From Paraspadella gotoi (Eukaryota; Animalia; Chaetognatha), in NCBI GenBank assembly GCA_051294375.1, contig CM119266.1, positions 25,654,161 to 25,718,160 of the forward strand: a stretch of DNA of 64,000 bases, in the 5' to 3' direction. The translations under genes and the position numbers were made by a program. The number at the start of each line of letters is the position of its first letter. Within the stretch, counting starts at the first letter, position 1. The notes under the pieces are model-generated. The model did not search any database. It had not been told where the DNA came from and saw only the letters and a program-made list of their open reading frames with translations. Of the stretch, positions 49,653-63,016 are shown one piece after another.

Positions 49653-50909
49653 TCTTATCTTTCGTAATCACAGTCTTCGTAGAATTTTTCAAATCTTTTC
49701 CTATATATCCCCGGTGTAAAAACTCTTGTTACAGGATTAAGGGGTTATGCGCGAAAATATATTCGTGCTCTCTCTCTCTCCTCTCTCTCACTCTCTCTCT
49801 CACCGTCTCTCTCTCCTCTCTCTTCCTCATCTCTCTCTTCTCTTCTCTCTCCTCTCTGATCCTCATTATTTTTTCCATTTACCACATCGAATCGGATATT
49901 TTTCTCCCTCGCCACACGAATTCGAGAATTAGGCATTCTCATATTGAGGAAGACGTCAATTTCTTATAATGGATGCGGAAACTTCCTCCCCCCCCTCCAC
50001 CGTCCATCGCCTGTCTTTTCAGTCTTCTCCTTTTCCTTGCTATCATCCAACGCTCCGCCAAATCAATATTTTAGTGGGACGGCGGAGGCAACTCTATAAG
50101 TCCTTTTAGGCTCGGTCAGTCGGCTCTGTGGTCGGTTCCAAATGCTCATATGATCTCGGTTAATACTGCTCTGGTTGGCACTTTTGTATTCTTTTTGCAT
50201 ACCAAGCAGAAGACAACTCTCAAGCAACTGCGAAGCGCTACCACTTTTGTTTTGAAGGAAACCGGTAATAAAGAAAATGATGAATTCCTGATGCACGTGC
50301 ATGCTTTAGTTATTATTATTATTATTGTATTATTTATCCAGACTAGGCACGCGATGAAGAATAGTCGACTTAGCACAGTTCAACACGATTAAAGTCTAGC
50401 CTTCTTGTATTCTTTTTTTAGTTTCTGTAATCCTACTATTATTCTCTCTCTCTTCGGATTATTTCCTTTCTTACTCATCTTTCTTCTCTTCTTTTTGCCT
50501 TCTCTTTCTTCTCCCTTTCTTCTCAGATATCTTTTCTTTTTTTCTCGTTTTATTGCACGCTACTTTTCTTTTCTTTGCCTATGTTTTTTCACCTTTTTGC
50601 ACACTCTCACAGTCTCCTTCCAAGAAGCCCACGGATGCGTTTTTCTCTTCCATACTGTGGACGGCGTCCTGGTTTCTGTGTCTCTGTGCTCGACTAGGAC
50701 CTCCACTCTAACGCGGGATGGCAATTTAGGGCGGCAGTCGTTTTCATCCTTGGAATTTAAATTATCGGTTATCGCCAAAGTTAATTTTATGTCAGTTGAG
50801 TTGTTTTGGTTTTTAGAGAAGTCTTTTATTAAAACCATTTCGCTTTAACGAATTTAATTGCTTGACAAGAAAAACTGAGCGAGAGAAGAGAAGAGAGAAG
50901 AGAGAGAGG
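49539..50909. repeat. Exact direct duplication with 51960-53330 (offset 2421)
   Basis: Identical ORF sets at offset 2421 (49745/52166, 50063/52484, 50405/52826); the indel noise is also identical. Confidence 0.97.
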
Positions 50910-51077
50910 AGAGGAGAAGAGAGAGCGAGGAGTAGAGAGGAGAGAGGGAGAGCAGAGAAGAGCTAGGAGAGCTAATCAGTGAGATGACGAATCATAGATT
51001 CACGGAAAGCGACAAACATCTAACACTCAAACTGAAGAATAGGAGAGAGAGGGAGAAGAAGAGAAGAGAGAGACGAG

Positions 51078-51119
<42 letters not shown>

Positions 51120-51121
<2 letters not shown>

Positions 51122-51934
51122 AGGCTCTCTCTCTTTCTCTCGCTAGTTTTTTCTTGTCAAGCATTAAATTCGTTAAATGCGAAATGGTTTTAATAAAAGA
51201 TTCTCTAAAACCAAAACAACTCAATGGACCATAAAATTAACTTGGCGATAACCGATAAATTTAAATTTGTACCAAGGAAGAAACGACTGCCGCTAATTGC
51301 ATCCGCGTAGAGTGGAGGTCCTAGTCGAGCACAGAGAAACCAGGACGCCGTCCACAGTGGAAGAGAAAAACGCATCGTGCTCTTGGAAGGAGACGTGAGA
51401 GTGTGAAAAAGGTGAAAAATAGGAAAGGAAAAGAAAATTAGGATAAAAGGAGAAAAAGAAAAGGATATGAGAAGAAAGGGAGAAAGAAAGAGAAGGCAAA
51501 AAGAAGAGAAGAAAGAGAGTAAGAAAGTAATGAGAGAGAGAGAGAGAATAATAGTAGTTAACAGAAAAAAAAGAAACAAGAAAGGTAATTTTAATGTGTT
51601 GCTGTGCAGTGACTTTCTCATCGCGTGTATGTCTGGATAATAATAATAATAATAATAATAGACATGCACTGCACAGGAATTCTATCTTTTTTCTTTATAC
51701 GTTTCCTTCAAAAACAAAAGGTAGCGCTTGCAGTTGCTGAGGTTCTCTGCTTGTATGCAAAAATAACAAAAGTGCAACCCAGAGAGTATTAACCGAGTCA
51801 TATGAGCATTTGGAACAGACCAACAGACCGACTGACCGACCGAAAAGGGACTTATAGAGTTGCTCCGCCGCCCAACTAAAAATTGATTTGGGGCGGCGTT
51901 GGTGAAGAAGGAAAAGGGGAGAAGACGAAAAGAA
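51120..51934. repeat. Clean inverted copy of 50030-50900; part also present at 38184-38480
   Basis: Reverse-complement match (agtggaggtcctagtcgagcacagagaaaccaggacgccgtccacagt). Confidence 0.9.
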
Positions 51935-52040
51935 NNNNNNNNNNNNNNNNNNNNNNNNNTCCCATCTATCTCTCTCTCTCTCTCTCTCACTCTCCTCGTC
52001 ATTCTTCTCTCGTCCCTCCTCTCCTCGTCCTTCGGTTCTC

Positions 52041-52073
<33 letters not shown>

Positions 52074-53482
52074 TCTTATCTTTCGTAATCACAGTCTTCG
52101 TAGAATTTTTCAAATCTTTTCCTATATATCCCCGGTGTAAAAACTCTTGTTACAGGATTAAGGGGTTATGCGCGAAAATATATTCGTGCTCTCTCTCTCT
52201 CCTCTCTCTCACTCTCTCTCTCACCGTCTCTCTCTCCTCTCTCTTCCTCATCTCTCTCTTCTCTTCTCTCTCCTCTCTGATCCTCATTATTTTTTCCATT
52301 TACCACATCGAATCGGATATTTTTCTCCCTCGCCACACGAATTCGAGAATTAGGCATTCTCATATTGAGGAAGACGTCAATTTCTTATAATGGATGCGGA
52401 AACTTCCTCCCCCCCCTCCACCGTCCATCGCCTGTCTTTTCAGTCTTCTCCTTTTCCTTGCTATCATCCAACGCTCCGCCAAATCAATATTTTAGTGGGA
52501 CGGCGGAGGCAACTCTATAAGTCCTTTTAGGCTCGGTCAGTCGGCTCTGTGGTCGGTTCCAAATGCTCATATGATCTCGGTTAATACTGCTCTGGTTGGC
52601 ACTTTTGTATTCTTTTTGCATACCAAGCAGAAGACAACTCTCAAGCAACTGCGAAGCGCTACCACTTTTGTTTTGAAGGAAACCGGTAATAAAGAAAATG
52701 ATGAATTCCTGATGCACGTGCATGCTTTAGTTATTATTATTATTATTGTATTATTTATCCAGACTAGGCACGCGATGAAGAATAGTCGACTTAGCACAGT
52801 TCAACACGATTAAAGTCTAGCCTTCTTGTATTCTTTTTTTAGTTTCTGTAATCCTACTATTATTCTCTCTCTCTTCGGATTATTTCCTTTCTTACTCATC
52901 TTTCTTCTCTTCTTTTTGCCTTCTCTTTCTTCTCCCTTTCTTCTCAGATATCTTTTCTTTTTTTCTCGTTTTATTGCACGCTACTTTTCTTTTCTTTGCC
53001 TATGTTTTTTCACCTTTTTGCACACTCTCACAGTCTCCTTCCAAGAAGCCCACGGATGCGTTTTTCTCTTCCATACTGTGGACGGCGTCCTGGTTTCTGT
53101 GTCTCTGTGCTCGACTAGGACCTCCACTCTAACGCGGGATGGCAATTTAGGGCGGCAGTCGTTTTCATCCTTGGAATTTAAATTATCGGTTATCGCCAAA
53201 GTTAATTTTATGTCAGTTGAGTTGTTTTGGTTTTTAGAGAAGTCTTTTATTAAAACCATTTCGCTTTAACGAATTTAATTGCTTGACAAGAAAAACTGAG
53301 CGAGAGAAGAGAAGAGAGAAAGAGAGAGAGGGAGAGGAGGAGAAGAGAGAGCGAGGAGTAGAGGAGAGGAGAGAGAGGAGAGAGAGCAGAGAGAGAAGAC
53401 GAGGAGAGTCTAATCAATGAGATGCACGAATCAAGTTCGAGGCGGAAACGAAAAATCTCCTTCGGAAAAAGTAGGGAGAAGG

Positions 53483-53545
<63 letters not shown>

Positions 53546-54557
53546 GAAGGGAGAGAGAGAAAGAAAAGAGAGAGAGACCCTCTGTCTCAGGAAAAACTCT
53601 TCTGAAGCAACTCCGTAACGAAAAAATTCAAGTTTTCATCGAAGCAGCCTGTTGTCGAGTCTGGACGGCATTGCCTGGATTTTTTCGCGGCCGCCACAAC
53701 GTGAAGGGTATTTATCATACTCCGGGACAAATACTATATAATCTTTATGAAAAGTTGGTCTATATATTTCGGAGAGAGAGAGAGAGAGATGAATGTAAGG
53801 AAAAGATTACGTAAACATTTAGTCGTTTAATAATTTGTTTTGTAAAAGAAAATAAGTAAATTTGAAAAGAGAAGAGAGAAGAAAAAAAGGAGGGAACGGG
53901 AAGTAAGTGAGAAAGGAAATTCTGAGAAGGAGGTCTGGGATGGGAGATTTAAAGAAAAGGATAATTTTGTCTGAGAGTCCCGGAAAACTTATCACAATAG
54001 ACCGGTCCTTTCGTCGTCGTGGTCTTGCTTGTGGTCGTCGACGTCGTCGTCTACACGGCGCCCTGTCTTCTTCGAAGACATCCTGGGTCTTCTTCGCATC
54101 TCCCTCTCTATTTCTTCGAGAAGAACAGGTGCAGTCATCGCTCTTCGACAGGTGCAAGTTGTACACACGTTTTCAAACAAAGTCGTGATCAAGCGAAGCA
54201 AGTGCAGAAGGTGCGGCAGGCGCCCGNNNNNNNNNNNNNNNNNNNNNNNNNNNNNNNNNNNNNNNNNNNNNNNNNNNNNNNNNNNNNNNNNNNNNNNNNN
54301 NNNNNNNNNNNNNNNNNNNNNNNNNNNNNNNNNNNNNNNNNNNNNNNNNNNNNNNNNNNNNNNNNNNNNNNNNNNNNNNNNNNNNNNNNNNNCTTTTTTT
54401 ATGTTGTTAATTAATTGAACCTCGTTACCTTTAGCCTTCTTATTGTTTTTTTCATTTTTATTTTTCCATTTTTATGGAATTTTCTTTCTTACTTTATTTT
54501 TTTCTTTTTAAGTTAGTTTTTTATCATTAAAGTTAATAGATTCGTTTTTCATTCTAA

Positions 54558-54644
<87 letters not shown>

Positions 54645-55368
54645 TCATTCTTATTTTTTTTTTTTAAATTGAGTTCTATTCAAATTTCATTCCAATTTCT
54701 ATAAGACTCCACAATCCACATTTTTCATCCCTACTTTTCTGCAATTTCTTGACTTGACTTTTCTTATTTCATCGCCTCATCTTCCCATATTTTTTTCTTT
54801 CACTCCTAAAGCTCTTTCCTCGTCTTTCCATTTTCTTCATCCTTCTCTTGTTTGGTTTTTGTCTAAACATTTTCTGTCCTTTTTTTTTCCCTGAGAATAT
54901 TTTCTTTTAAAAGGCGAAAAGTTGTCGGCGTTGGATGGAGAGTGGGAATCGGTCGGGGACAAGGAGAGGATAAGTGACAGGTTCGGTAAGGGACATTTAA
55001 ACAGGTGCCGTTCGAGGGGCAGAGAAAGGGAGGCGAGCAAAAAGATCACGTGCGGACGACGAGTAAATAAACCCGAAGACAAGACTTGGTACAAACTTCT
55101 CCTCGCTTCGCCGTCGCCTGTCGGGTCACCTCACATACCGCATCTCACTTGCTACCCTCTATTCACATCATTTCTCATTTATCACGTCCTTTCTCATTTC
55201 TCAACTCATTTCATCCGTCTATCCTCATCTCAACCTACTTCATCTGATCTTACATCATTTCTACCCATTTCTCATTTCATCATCCCGCCTTATCTCACCT
55301 CACCTAAGAGGCTTTCATTCTTCCTTTATGTCCCGTCTGCTGTTTCAGCCTTTATCAAATCCTCACCC

Positions 55369-55467
<99 letters not shown>

Positions 55468-56017
55468 TTTTCCTCTCTTTTGTACTCTACCTTGTCACTT
55501 GTCAGGCTTTATTTTCTTTTTAAAAAGTTAACAGCGATAGGGTTTTCCCCTTTTTCATTCCTAACTCTCTTTCATTAAACCTTCGCCAGATCGTTTTCTC
55601 TTCCGCTATTTCCTTCATTTTCCAAATCTCCTTTCATTTCTTTCTCAAATTCTCTCGTCTCCTTTCCTCCCTTTTCCTCCCCTTCCTCCGCCCGACTAAT
55701 CTCCTCGGCGCCATCGACTTTTCCTTTCCTCTACTTTCTTCTCGGAAACGAAAAAGAATAAAAAAAAAGAAGGAAGGAAAAGAAGCAAACAGAAAAACGC
55801 GTGAGTGGAATGTTCCAAAGATCTGGCGGACGTTATGGTATCTCTATGACACCTCGTTTTGATATATCGTTACGATATCTCTGGTTATTTCTTTTTTTTC
55901 CCTTTTTTTTCCCACCCTGAAAAAAAAAAAGAGCGACGGGCCACTTGTTTTGGGAAAGACGGACCGTTTTCATTTTAAGAGGTTGATTGAGAATAATGAT
56001 TAGTGTCTATTATTTCT

Positions 56018-56054
<37 letters not shown>

Positions 56055-56309
56055 CCTTCTCCCGTTCTCACTCTCTACCTCAACCGAACTTCGATATTCT
56101 GACGTAAAAGAGGTTTGAGGAAGAAAGGAGAACGACGACGACGACGACGAGACGACGACGACTAACAATAGCAACTACGCAAGAAAATAGACGACATCAC
56201 AACAGCGACGGACGGACGCATAAAACTGTACGAAACTTGAAAACATCAGAATCACAATCACATCAATTTTGACGACGCAAAAAACACAGACGATTCTGGG
56301 CGAATCCAA

Positions 56310-56310
<1 letters not shown>

Positions 56311-56349
<39 letters not shown>

Positions 56350-56350
56350 C

Positions 56351-56403
<53 letters not shown>
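56311..56403. repeat. (GAC)n microsatellite, ~30 units
   Basis: Direct reading. Confidence 0.95.
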
Positions 56404-56404
<1 letters not shown>

Positions 56405-56784
56405 CTCAACAACATCCTCGGCGGAAATAACATCTTCGACAAAATATTTATTTATTTAATGTCATCTGTTCAGTGACATCCATGTCTTATTTAACTTAAA
56501 AATTGACGTAATGAGATAAAAAAAAAGAAAAATGAAGAGGGAAAAAAAAGGAAACAAAAAATAAAACGTTATAAAGTTTTTTTTAAAAAAAAAGATCGAA
56601 ATTATAAATTAACTTAGAAATCAAATTTAGTTGAATTTTTTTTATTGACAAAAAATTTTGTCATTTGGAAGCGAGCTGCACTGGAAGTCGTCGTCATCAT
56701 CGTTCACGTGTCCTCAACGTCGCGCTCATCGTTGTCTATGCAGAGAAATCTCATAATGAAAGTATTAGATCAAATCAAGAAGTC

Positions 56785-56848
56785 GTTTCCGTTGACGTTG
56801 GAAGATCTCATTCTCAGTTTCCGTTGACGTTGGAAGATCTCATTCTCA
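56785..56848. repeat. Perfect 32-bp tandem duplication (GTTTCCGTTGACGTTGGAAGATCTCATTCTCA x2)
   Basis: Direct reading; both units are also present in the noisy copy at ~46420-46485. Confidence 0.9.
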
Positions 56849-57389
56849 GTGCAGAACCTACGAATCATATTTAGTCGTTCTCTTCGATTACTTTTTCGTT
56901 GGACTTTTTATTTATTGAGCAGCGATGATTGGGAACTACCACCTCAACGAAGGCGGGCCAGAATCCAACGTTTTTATTATATAAAACAAACTGAAGTTAA
57001 AACGGGTTGTCCATTCGCGACAGAATTGATTTATGATGTTATATTTTAAATTTATTCATTTTTTCATGCATGAAAGCATTTTAATATATGATTTTTTTTA
57101 AAACGGATTCTAATAGAGATTAAAAAGTTAGTTAAAGGTTTTCCTTACAATTTTTTAAAAATTACAATGATAAAAGGGTCAAAGGGCATTCGAAACCAAC
57201 TTCCTCATCTCATTTCACCTCCGGTCCTCCACCCTCTGCTTCCACCCCCATTTCCAACCCAAACTTCCACCTCCCAATTCACCCTCACCTCACCTCACCT
57301 CACCTTTCGGTTCCAACGTCGCGATTCCATTCGAAAAGACTCGAGTCTTCCATTCGACGTCGAAGGAAATATTTGCCTTTAGAAAATGG

Positions 57390-57582
57390 GAGAGAGAGTG
57401 AGAGGGATAGACAGAATGCGAGAGAGAGAGTGAGAGGGAGAGACAGAATGCGAGAGAGAGTGAGAGGGAGAGACAGAATGCGAGAGAGAGTGAGAGGGAG
57501 AGATACAGAATGGGAGAGAGAGTGAAAGGGAGAGACAGAATGGGAGAGAGAGTGAGAACGAGAGACAGAATGCGAGAGAGAG
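57390..57582. repeat. ~30-bp minisatellite (GAGAGAGAGTGAGAGGGAGAGACAGAATGC) x~6
   Basis: Recurrent acagaatg(c/g)gagagagagtga units. Confidence 0.9.
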
Positions 57583-58646
57583 CAAGATCGAGAGAACGAG
57601 AGTCCCATTCATTGGTAGAAAAGAAAAGTCGTCGTTGTGATCGTGAGACTTCATTCACGAATTTCATCGACGTCGCAATCGATATTCATGGACCGTCGTC
57701 GCAGTCATCGTCGTTCGACGATGTCGTCTTCTTCTTCGTCGTCGTCTTCGTCGTCGTCGTCGTCGCGGTCATGGTCGTTCGACGATGTCGTCTTCGTCGT
57801 CTTCTTCGTCGTCGTCGTCGGAGTCGTCCTCGTCATTCTCCTCGTCCGATCAGATCATAAACTTACCTCTCAAGAGCGAAATATCTGGCAAGTATATTCG
57901 AATCTCCGTCGTCGTCGTCGTCGTCGTCGTCGTCATCGTCGCCGTTCTTAAAGATCTTCTCTCCCACCATCCACCACCGAGCCTCCATCCACCGTCACCA
58001 CCAAACACCATCACCCTAAATCACTACCACAACAGCAACGACCATTATCTCCATCATTAACGCGACCGACGCCTTCCCATCGTCACTCGTCACTCTACAT
58101 CATCAGGATTGATGTTTCGCTTCAGCCTCCAGCCTCTTTTCGTCGTCGTTGTTGTCGTTGTTGTCGTTGTTGCTTGCCAGCAGCCTCCGGGCCCTGAGGA
58201 GAAAACGAAATATTTGTTGTTTTCTTTTTTTTTTCTTTTTACTGTATGGACCGACTAAGACGAACGGATTCATAACGTAGACTAGTACAGAGACCGACCA
58301 AAAACATAAAAAAGACTGACTAAATAAAACAGATACCGACATTTTTTATTAACAGACAAGAAGACCACCTTAAATTCCAACTTAAAATCATCGACTCAGC
58401 AAAGCAACTCTTCTTGTTCTCTTCGAGTTTAGGCACCGGTGAATAGCAGGAAAATATCGACATGAATATAGAAAATGATTTATGTATATTATTTATAAAA
58501 ATAAACCAACGTTCCGCTCAGCGAAGCGAATGCATGTTTTTTTTCTCTCCATTTTTAAAGGAAATTCTTTTTGGCGGGAAAGACGAGATCCTCTCTCCGC
58601 CGATTCGGGCGCTGGGCTCCGCGAAACTCGCGCGTCTAGATGCCAA

Positions 58647-58692
58647 GGTGGCGTAGGGTGGCGTAGGGTGGCGTAGAGTGGCGTAGAGTGGG
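58647..58692. repeat. 10-bp repeat (GTGGCGTAGR) x4
   Basis: Direct reading; reverse-complement counterpart at ~44530-44570. Confidence 0.85.
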
Positions 58693-59492
58693 ACAAAGTG
58701 GTGTGGGTGGATGGAATAGGTGGAAAGATAGGTGGCGATAAGCGCCGGACAATCGCATTCGTCCCTCGCTAATTTTTCTTCTTTTTTCCTTTGTCTCCCT
58801 CTCTTACTCCTTGCTTCTGCTTTTTCTCTTTCTCCTTTTCTTCATTTCTTTCTAAACCCTTCTTTTCCTCTCCTTTTCCTTTTCTTCATTTCTTTCTAAT
58901 CCCTTCTTTTCCTCTTCTTTTCCTTTTCTTCATTTCTTTCTAATCCTTTCTTTTCCTCTCCTTTTCCTTTTAAATATCAGACTCATATCTCACCTCTAAA
59001 TCACAAAATTTTCTCTGGCAACTTCTTTTTACCCGTTCTTACTTTCTTATCACTATCTTGGATTTCTCTCCTGTCCCAAAAACTTTTATCTCTCTCACAA
59101 ACTCAAAATCCTTTCATCATTCGACCACCCTCATACCACCAATAAACCCCCTCACCACTACCAAATTCACCGCCCCCCTTCATCCCGTCTCTTCGCCCTC
59201 CACCCCCCCACCTGTCAACGGCCCTTCTCTCTTCGCCCCGCGGGGTCGAATTCTTGATTGTTCCCCGGGGTCTTCGGGGTTTCATTGTTCCCTCTTCTCT
59301 TTTGGCTCTTTCCGATTCCCGCGCATTTTTTTCTCTCTATCCTTTTTTTTATTTCTTTTTTTTATTTCTTCTTTTTTTTCGTATTCTGACCCGTTTTTTA
59401 AACACTCCCATTTGAGCCGGGCACCCCGCGGCCATTTCTCGGCCCTTGTAGGTTTCTTTAAAAATATCCTTTTTTTCTTTATTTTCTTTTTT

Positions 59493-59536
<44 letters not shown>

Positions 59537-61581
59537 CTCTTCTCTGCTTCTCTCTCTCTTCTCTCTCTCTCTCCTCTCTCTTCTTCAATTGTCCGCTTCT
59601 CTTCTTTGTCCGGCCGCTATTCCTCCCCTTCCCCTTCCCTTCCCTGAATTACATCACGATTTCTCTCTTTGTGATTCGAATGGATTGAGCTTTATTGCTT
59701 TTATGGTGCAATTGCATAAAATAAGCGCAAAAGACGCGCGCGACTGAGAAGAGGTGACGTCATAATCCCGAATGATATCGCATTAGTACGACGATGTGGA
59801 TACCATAAGTCTGGAGAAAGTGAAACGATAAATCACCTACGCAAATAGGAAATACATAAGTAACGCAATGCATAAAGATATTATACATCAACCTGCTGTT
59901 TAAAGACAACAAGTAAACATTTTCAGATAATCTACAATTTGGATATTTACTATGCATGGGTGATATTTCCTTACATCCAAATAGGGCAAATTATGCAGCA
60001 ATATGACCAGATTCGGTGTAAGTGACAAAAATGACTAAATCCCTGAAGCCTAAAAAAAACCAAAGAGAAAATCAGGTCTCGAAACGCGATCAAAAGGGGA
60101 TTCGCCTGGCGTAAAAAGGCCTGAAGTCTTGTTGCTAGCATTTAATCAGGCGTTTCCTGATGTCGAGTCGCCCCGCCTGCTACGGGGCGGATGAGGATCG
60201 GATGAAAGCGCCAACTAAAAAGATGCAACAAAGCCCCGCCACCGTTTTTTTCTCCATTTCTTTTCCTTTTTTCTCCCTTTTTTTTTCTCCGGCCTTTCTT
60301 CTTTCCTCCCTTTATTTCTTTTCGCTTGAATTTCTGGGCTTCCTTCTTTTTTACAAGTCATTCCTCTCTCTTTATTTTTTTTCTCTTCGCTTATTTTATT
60401 CCGTTGATCGTCGATTTTTTTTCTTTTTTCCTTTATTCGATTTATTATTTTTTTTTTGGGCGATATTTGTTTCAGTGACAAAATTAAGATATCCGTTTAT
60501 TTGATTTAACGTCTGGAGATAAAAGCGCCTTTGCAGTACCAACCCCCAGTTCAAGTCTTTTTGCTGAATATATAGTATATAATATATATATATTATGTAA
60601 TATATAATAAATAACGTGATATCATATCGAGTCACAAGTTACGCAAAGTACTACATATCATATCTACTGCATACTACATAACGAGACGCATCCAATGAAA
60701 AAAAAAAGCAAGATACGTGTCTACCATCAGAATATCGGACCACACGAGATCAGACCTCATTAAATCAGGACCCATGTAGTCTCTCGCCTACGCCCCCCCC
60801 CTCCCATGGAAAGTCGCTCGATGGAATCCCGAGACTAGGATTGGAAGTCGCCAAGAAAAATTCCAGTCGATTTATGTTCTGAATCCTTGAATTCATTTGA
60901 CCTCAATTATCGGAGTCGAGGACAAAGTTCAGTCGCCCGGTTTAATTGATGGTCTTTTGTTGGTCGGGGCGAAAGAGGTGGGGGGTTGTGGGGGGGTAGG
61001 GCAGGGAGGGGAGGGGGAGAGAGAGAGAGCGAGAGAGAGAGAAAGAGAAAAAAGGGAGAAAGGGAAGTGGAAAAAATTTATAAATGAAAGAGAGGGTTGG
61101 TAGGAGTTAGAGAGAAAGAAAAGAAAGAATCGAGAAATAAGAAACACATGAGAAAGGGAATAAAAGCTTTGGACATAAGAGTGTAAGTCATTTTACGGGG
61201 GAAAAAACTTAACGTGATATTGCGATAACATGACATCGATTCATTCACTAAGTCTCTTTACCGACTTTGAAAATTGCGTGAATTAAAAACTTCACATTTA
61301 GTTCGTATTTATTTCATTTCGGGAAAATAAAACCATTCCTCTCCGTTGTTTTATTGAGATAAACAAACAAATAAAGAAACGAACTAAAACCCAAATTTAG
61401 GAGGAGAGAAGTTTATTAGCTGTTTTGCTACTAAGAGTTTTGCCCCTTTTCACTGTTTTGTCTGAATTTATTGGTTCGGAAAGACCAAAGAGCAGAGGCA
61501 GGAGGAGGAGGAGGAGGAAGAAGGAAAAGGAGGAAAAGGGAAGAGATAAAAAAAAAGAGACAGAGAGAGAGACGAGAAGAG

Positions 61582-61613
<32 letters not shown>

Positions 61614-62680
61614 CGATAGATAGATAGAGAGAGAGACAATGTCCCGAGAATCTAAGACTCTCGCGTCTCTTCATCGAATCCCTTGACGCAAGAAATTCAG
61701 CTTCGTCGCTGTGCTCGTCTCTCTGTCTCTGTCGTTGATGTTGCCGTCGTCATCGTCGTCGTCATCGTCGTCATCACTCTTGTCATTCGCATCATTGTCA
61801 TTATCATTATGAATTTATTATCAAAACTATCATCTTCAATTGGCACAGGTTGTTTCATTCTTTAAATCATTACTTTCATCATTGTCATCATTGTCGTCTT
61901 CTTCATTTTGATAATCGTTGTCGTCGTCTACCTCAACGTCGTCGATGTCGTCGTCGTCGTCATCGTTAACGTCAATCCCTTCTTCCTCTGCGCGTGATTT
62001 ATCCCCTTTGAAATCCATGAAATATTCATCGCAACAAAAGAACAGGCGAAGAAAGTCGAGAGAAAAAAAAACAAAAGACAAGCGAATCACGTTCGATCGT
62101 TTATACAGAGGTCGCTCCTTTTTATCTCTTTGACTTTTTTGTAAAAAAATTTTTATATAGACGAACTTTTTCTCTTCCTAACATGCGAGAATAATAATTA
62201 GTTGTACATTCCATTTTTGAAATAATGTTCTCATTAAAAAGGAAACGATCTTACATTGTCCGGGTTTTCATTTGGGATTTTTAGTTGATAACTTTCAGCG
62301 GTTCGGTTGCTTGGTTCCGACCCGCTGGATCGATTAAAGAGCCACGTCCTGAGCCATGAAAATTCTCACGATCTTGATGGGAGATTTTTTTGAAATTTCT
62401 GTTCTATTCTTCCCCTGCGACTCTATCACAATTCTTGCTTTCAACTTGACCGACCTTACTCCGCTCCTCCCTCTTCTCCTACTCCTGCTCCTGCTCTACT
62501 CCTACTGCTCCTCCTCCTCCTTCTAGAGATTCTGCGCTAAATTCTCTGACAAAAGACAAAATAGAAGATGATTAACGAGAAAAAAAAAGAGTTTAAAGGA
62601 AAAAAAAGAAATTAAATTACCGAAGAAAGAAATAAAATTGCATGAAGAAAGAAATTTAAAAAAAAAATCGAAGCCGCTAG

Positions 62681-62718
<38 letters not shown>

Positions 62719-62978
62719 AAATAAAATGAGACGAAGGGAAATTAAAAAGAATAAAAATTACAAATAAAAAATTTTAAAAAAGAAGAAAAAAAAATTAGAA
62801 AGGGGCGAAAGTGAGAAAGGACGAGAGAGTGGGGGGGAGGTGAGAAGAGAGAAAAGGGAGTAAGGAAAAAGGTAAGGATGATCATTACGTTCTCAAATAA
62901 AACGGGAATTGGAAAAAAAGAGAGCGGGGAGAGTTATTCTTTCTCTTTTTTAATTTGAGAGGGAGTGAGGAGAGAGAG

Positions 62979-63016
<38 letters not shown>

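Larger units (their letters stand above)
53800..62410. repeat. Second copy (inverted) of 40768-49470
   Basis: See partner; cleaner over 53800-59000, noisier beyond. Confidence 0.93.

Noticed and set aside
59750-60220. Complex island that might be a transposase or exon fragment
   Set aside because: Both copies (also 43000-43480) are noisy, no long frame is open, and I recognise no motif.
40768-62410. Giant foldback transposon or true genomic palindrome
   Set aside because: Arms differ by one-sided insertion noise and start at 25-N gaps, as expected for gap-filling artefacts.
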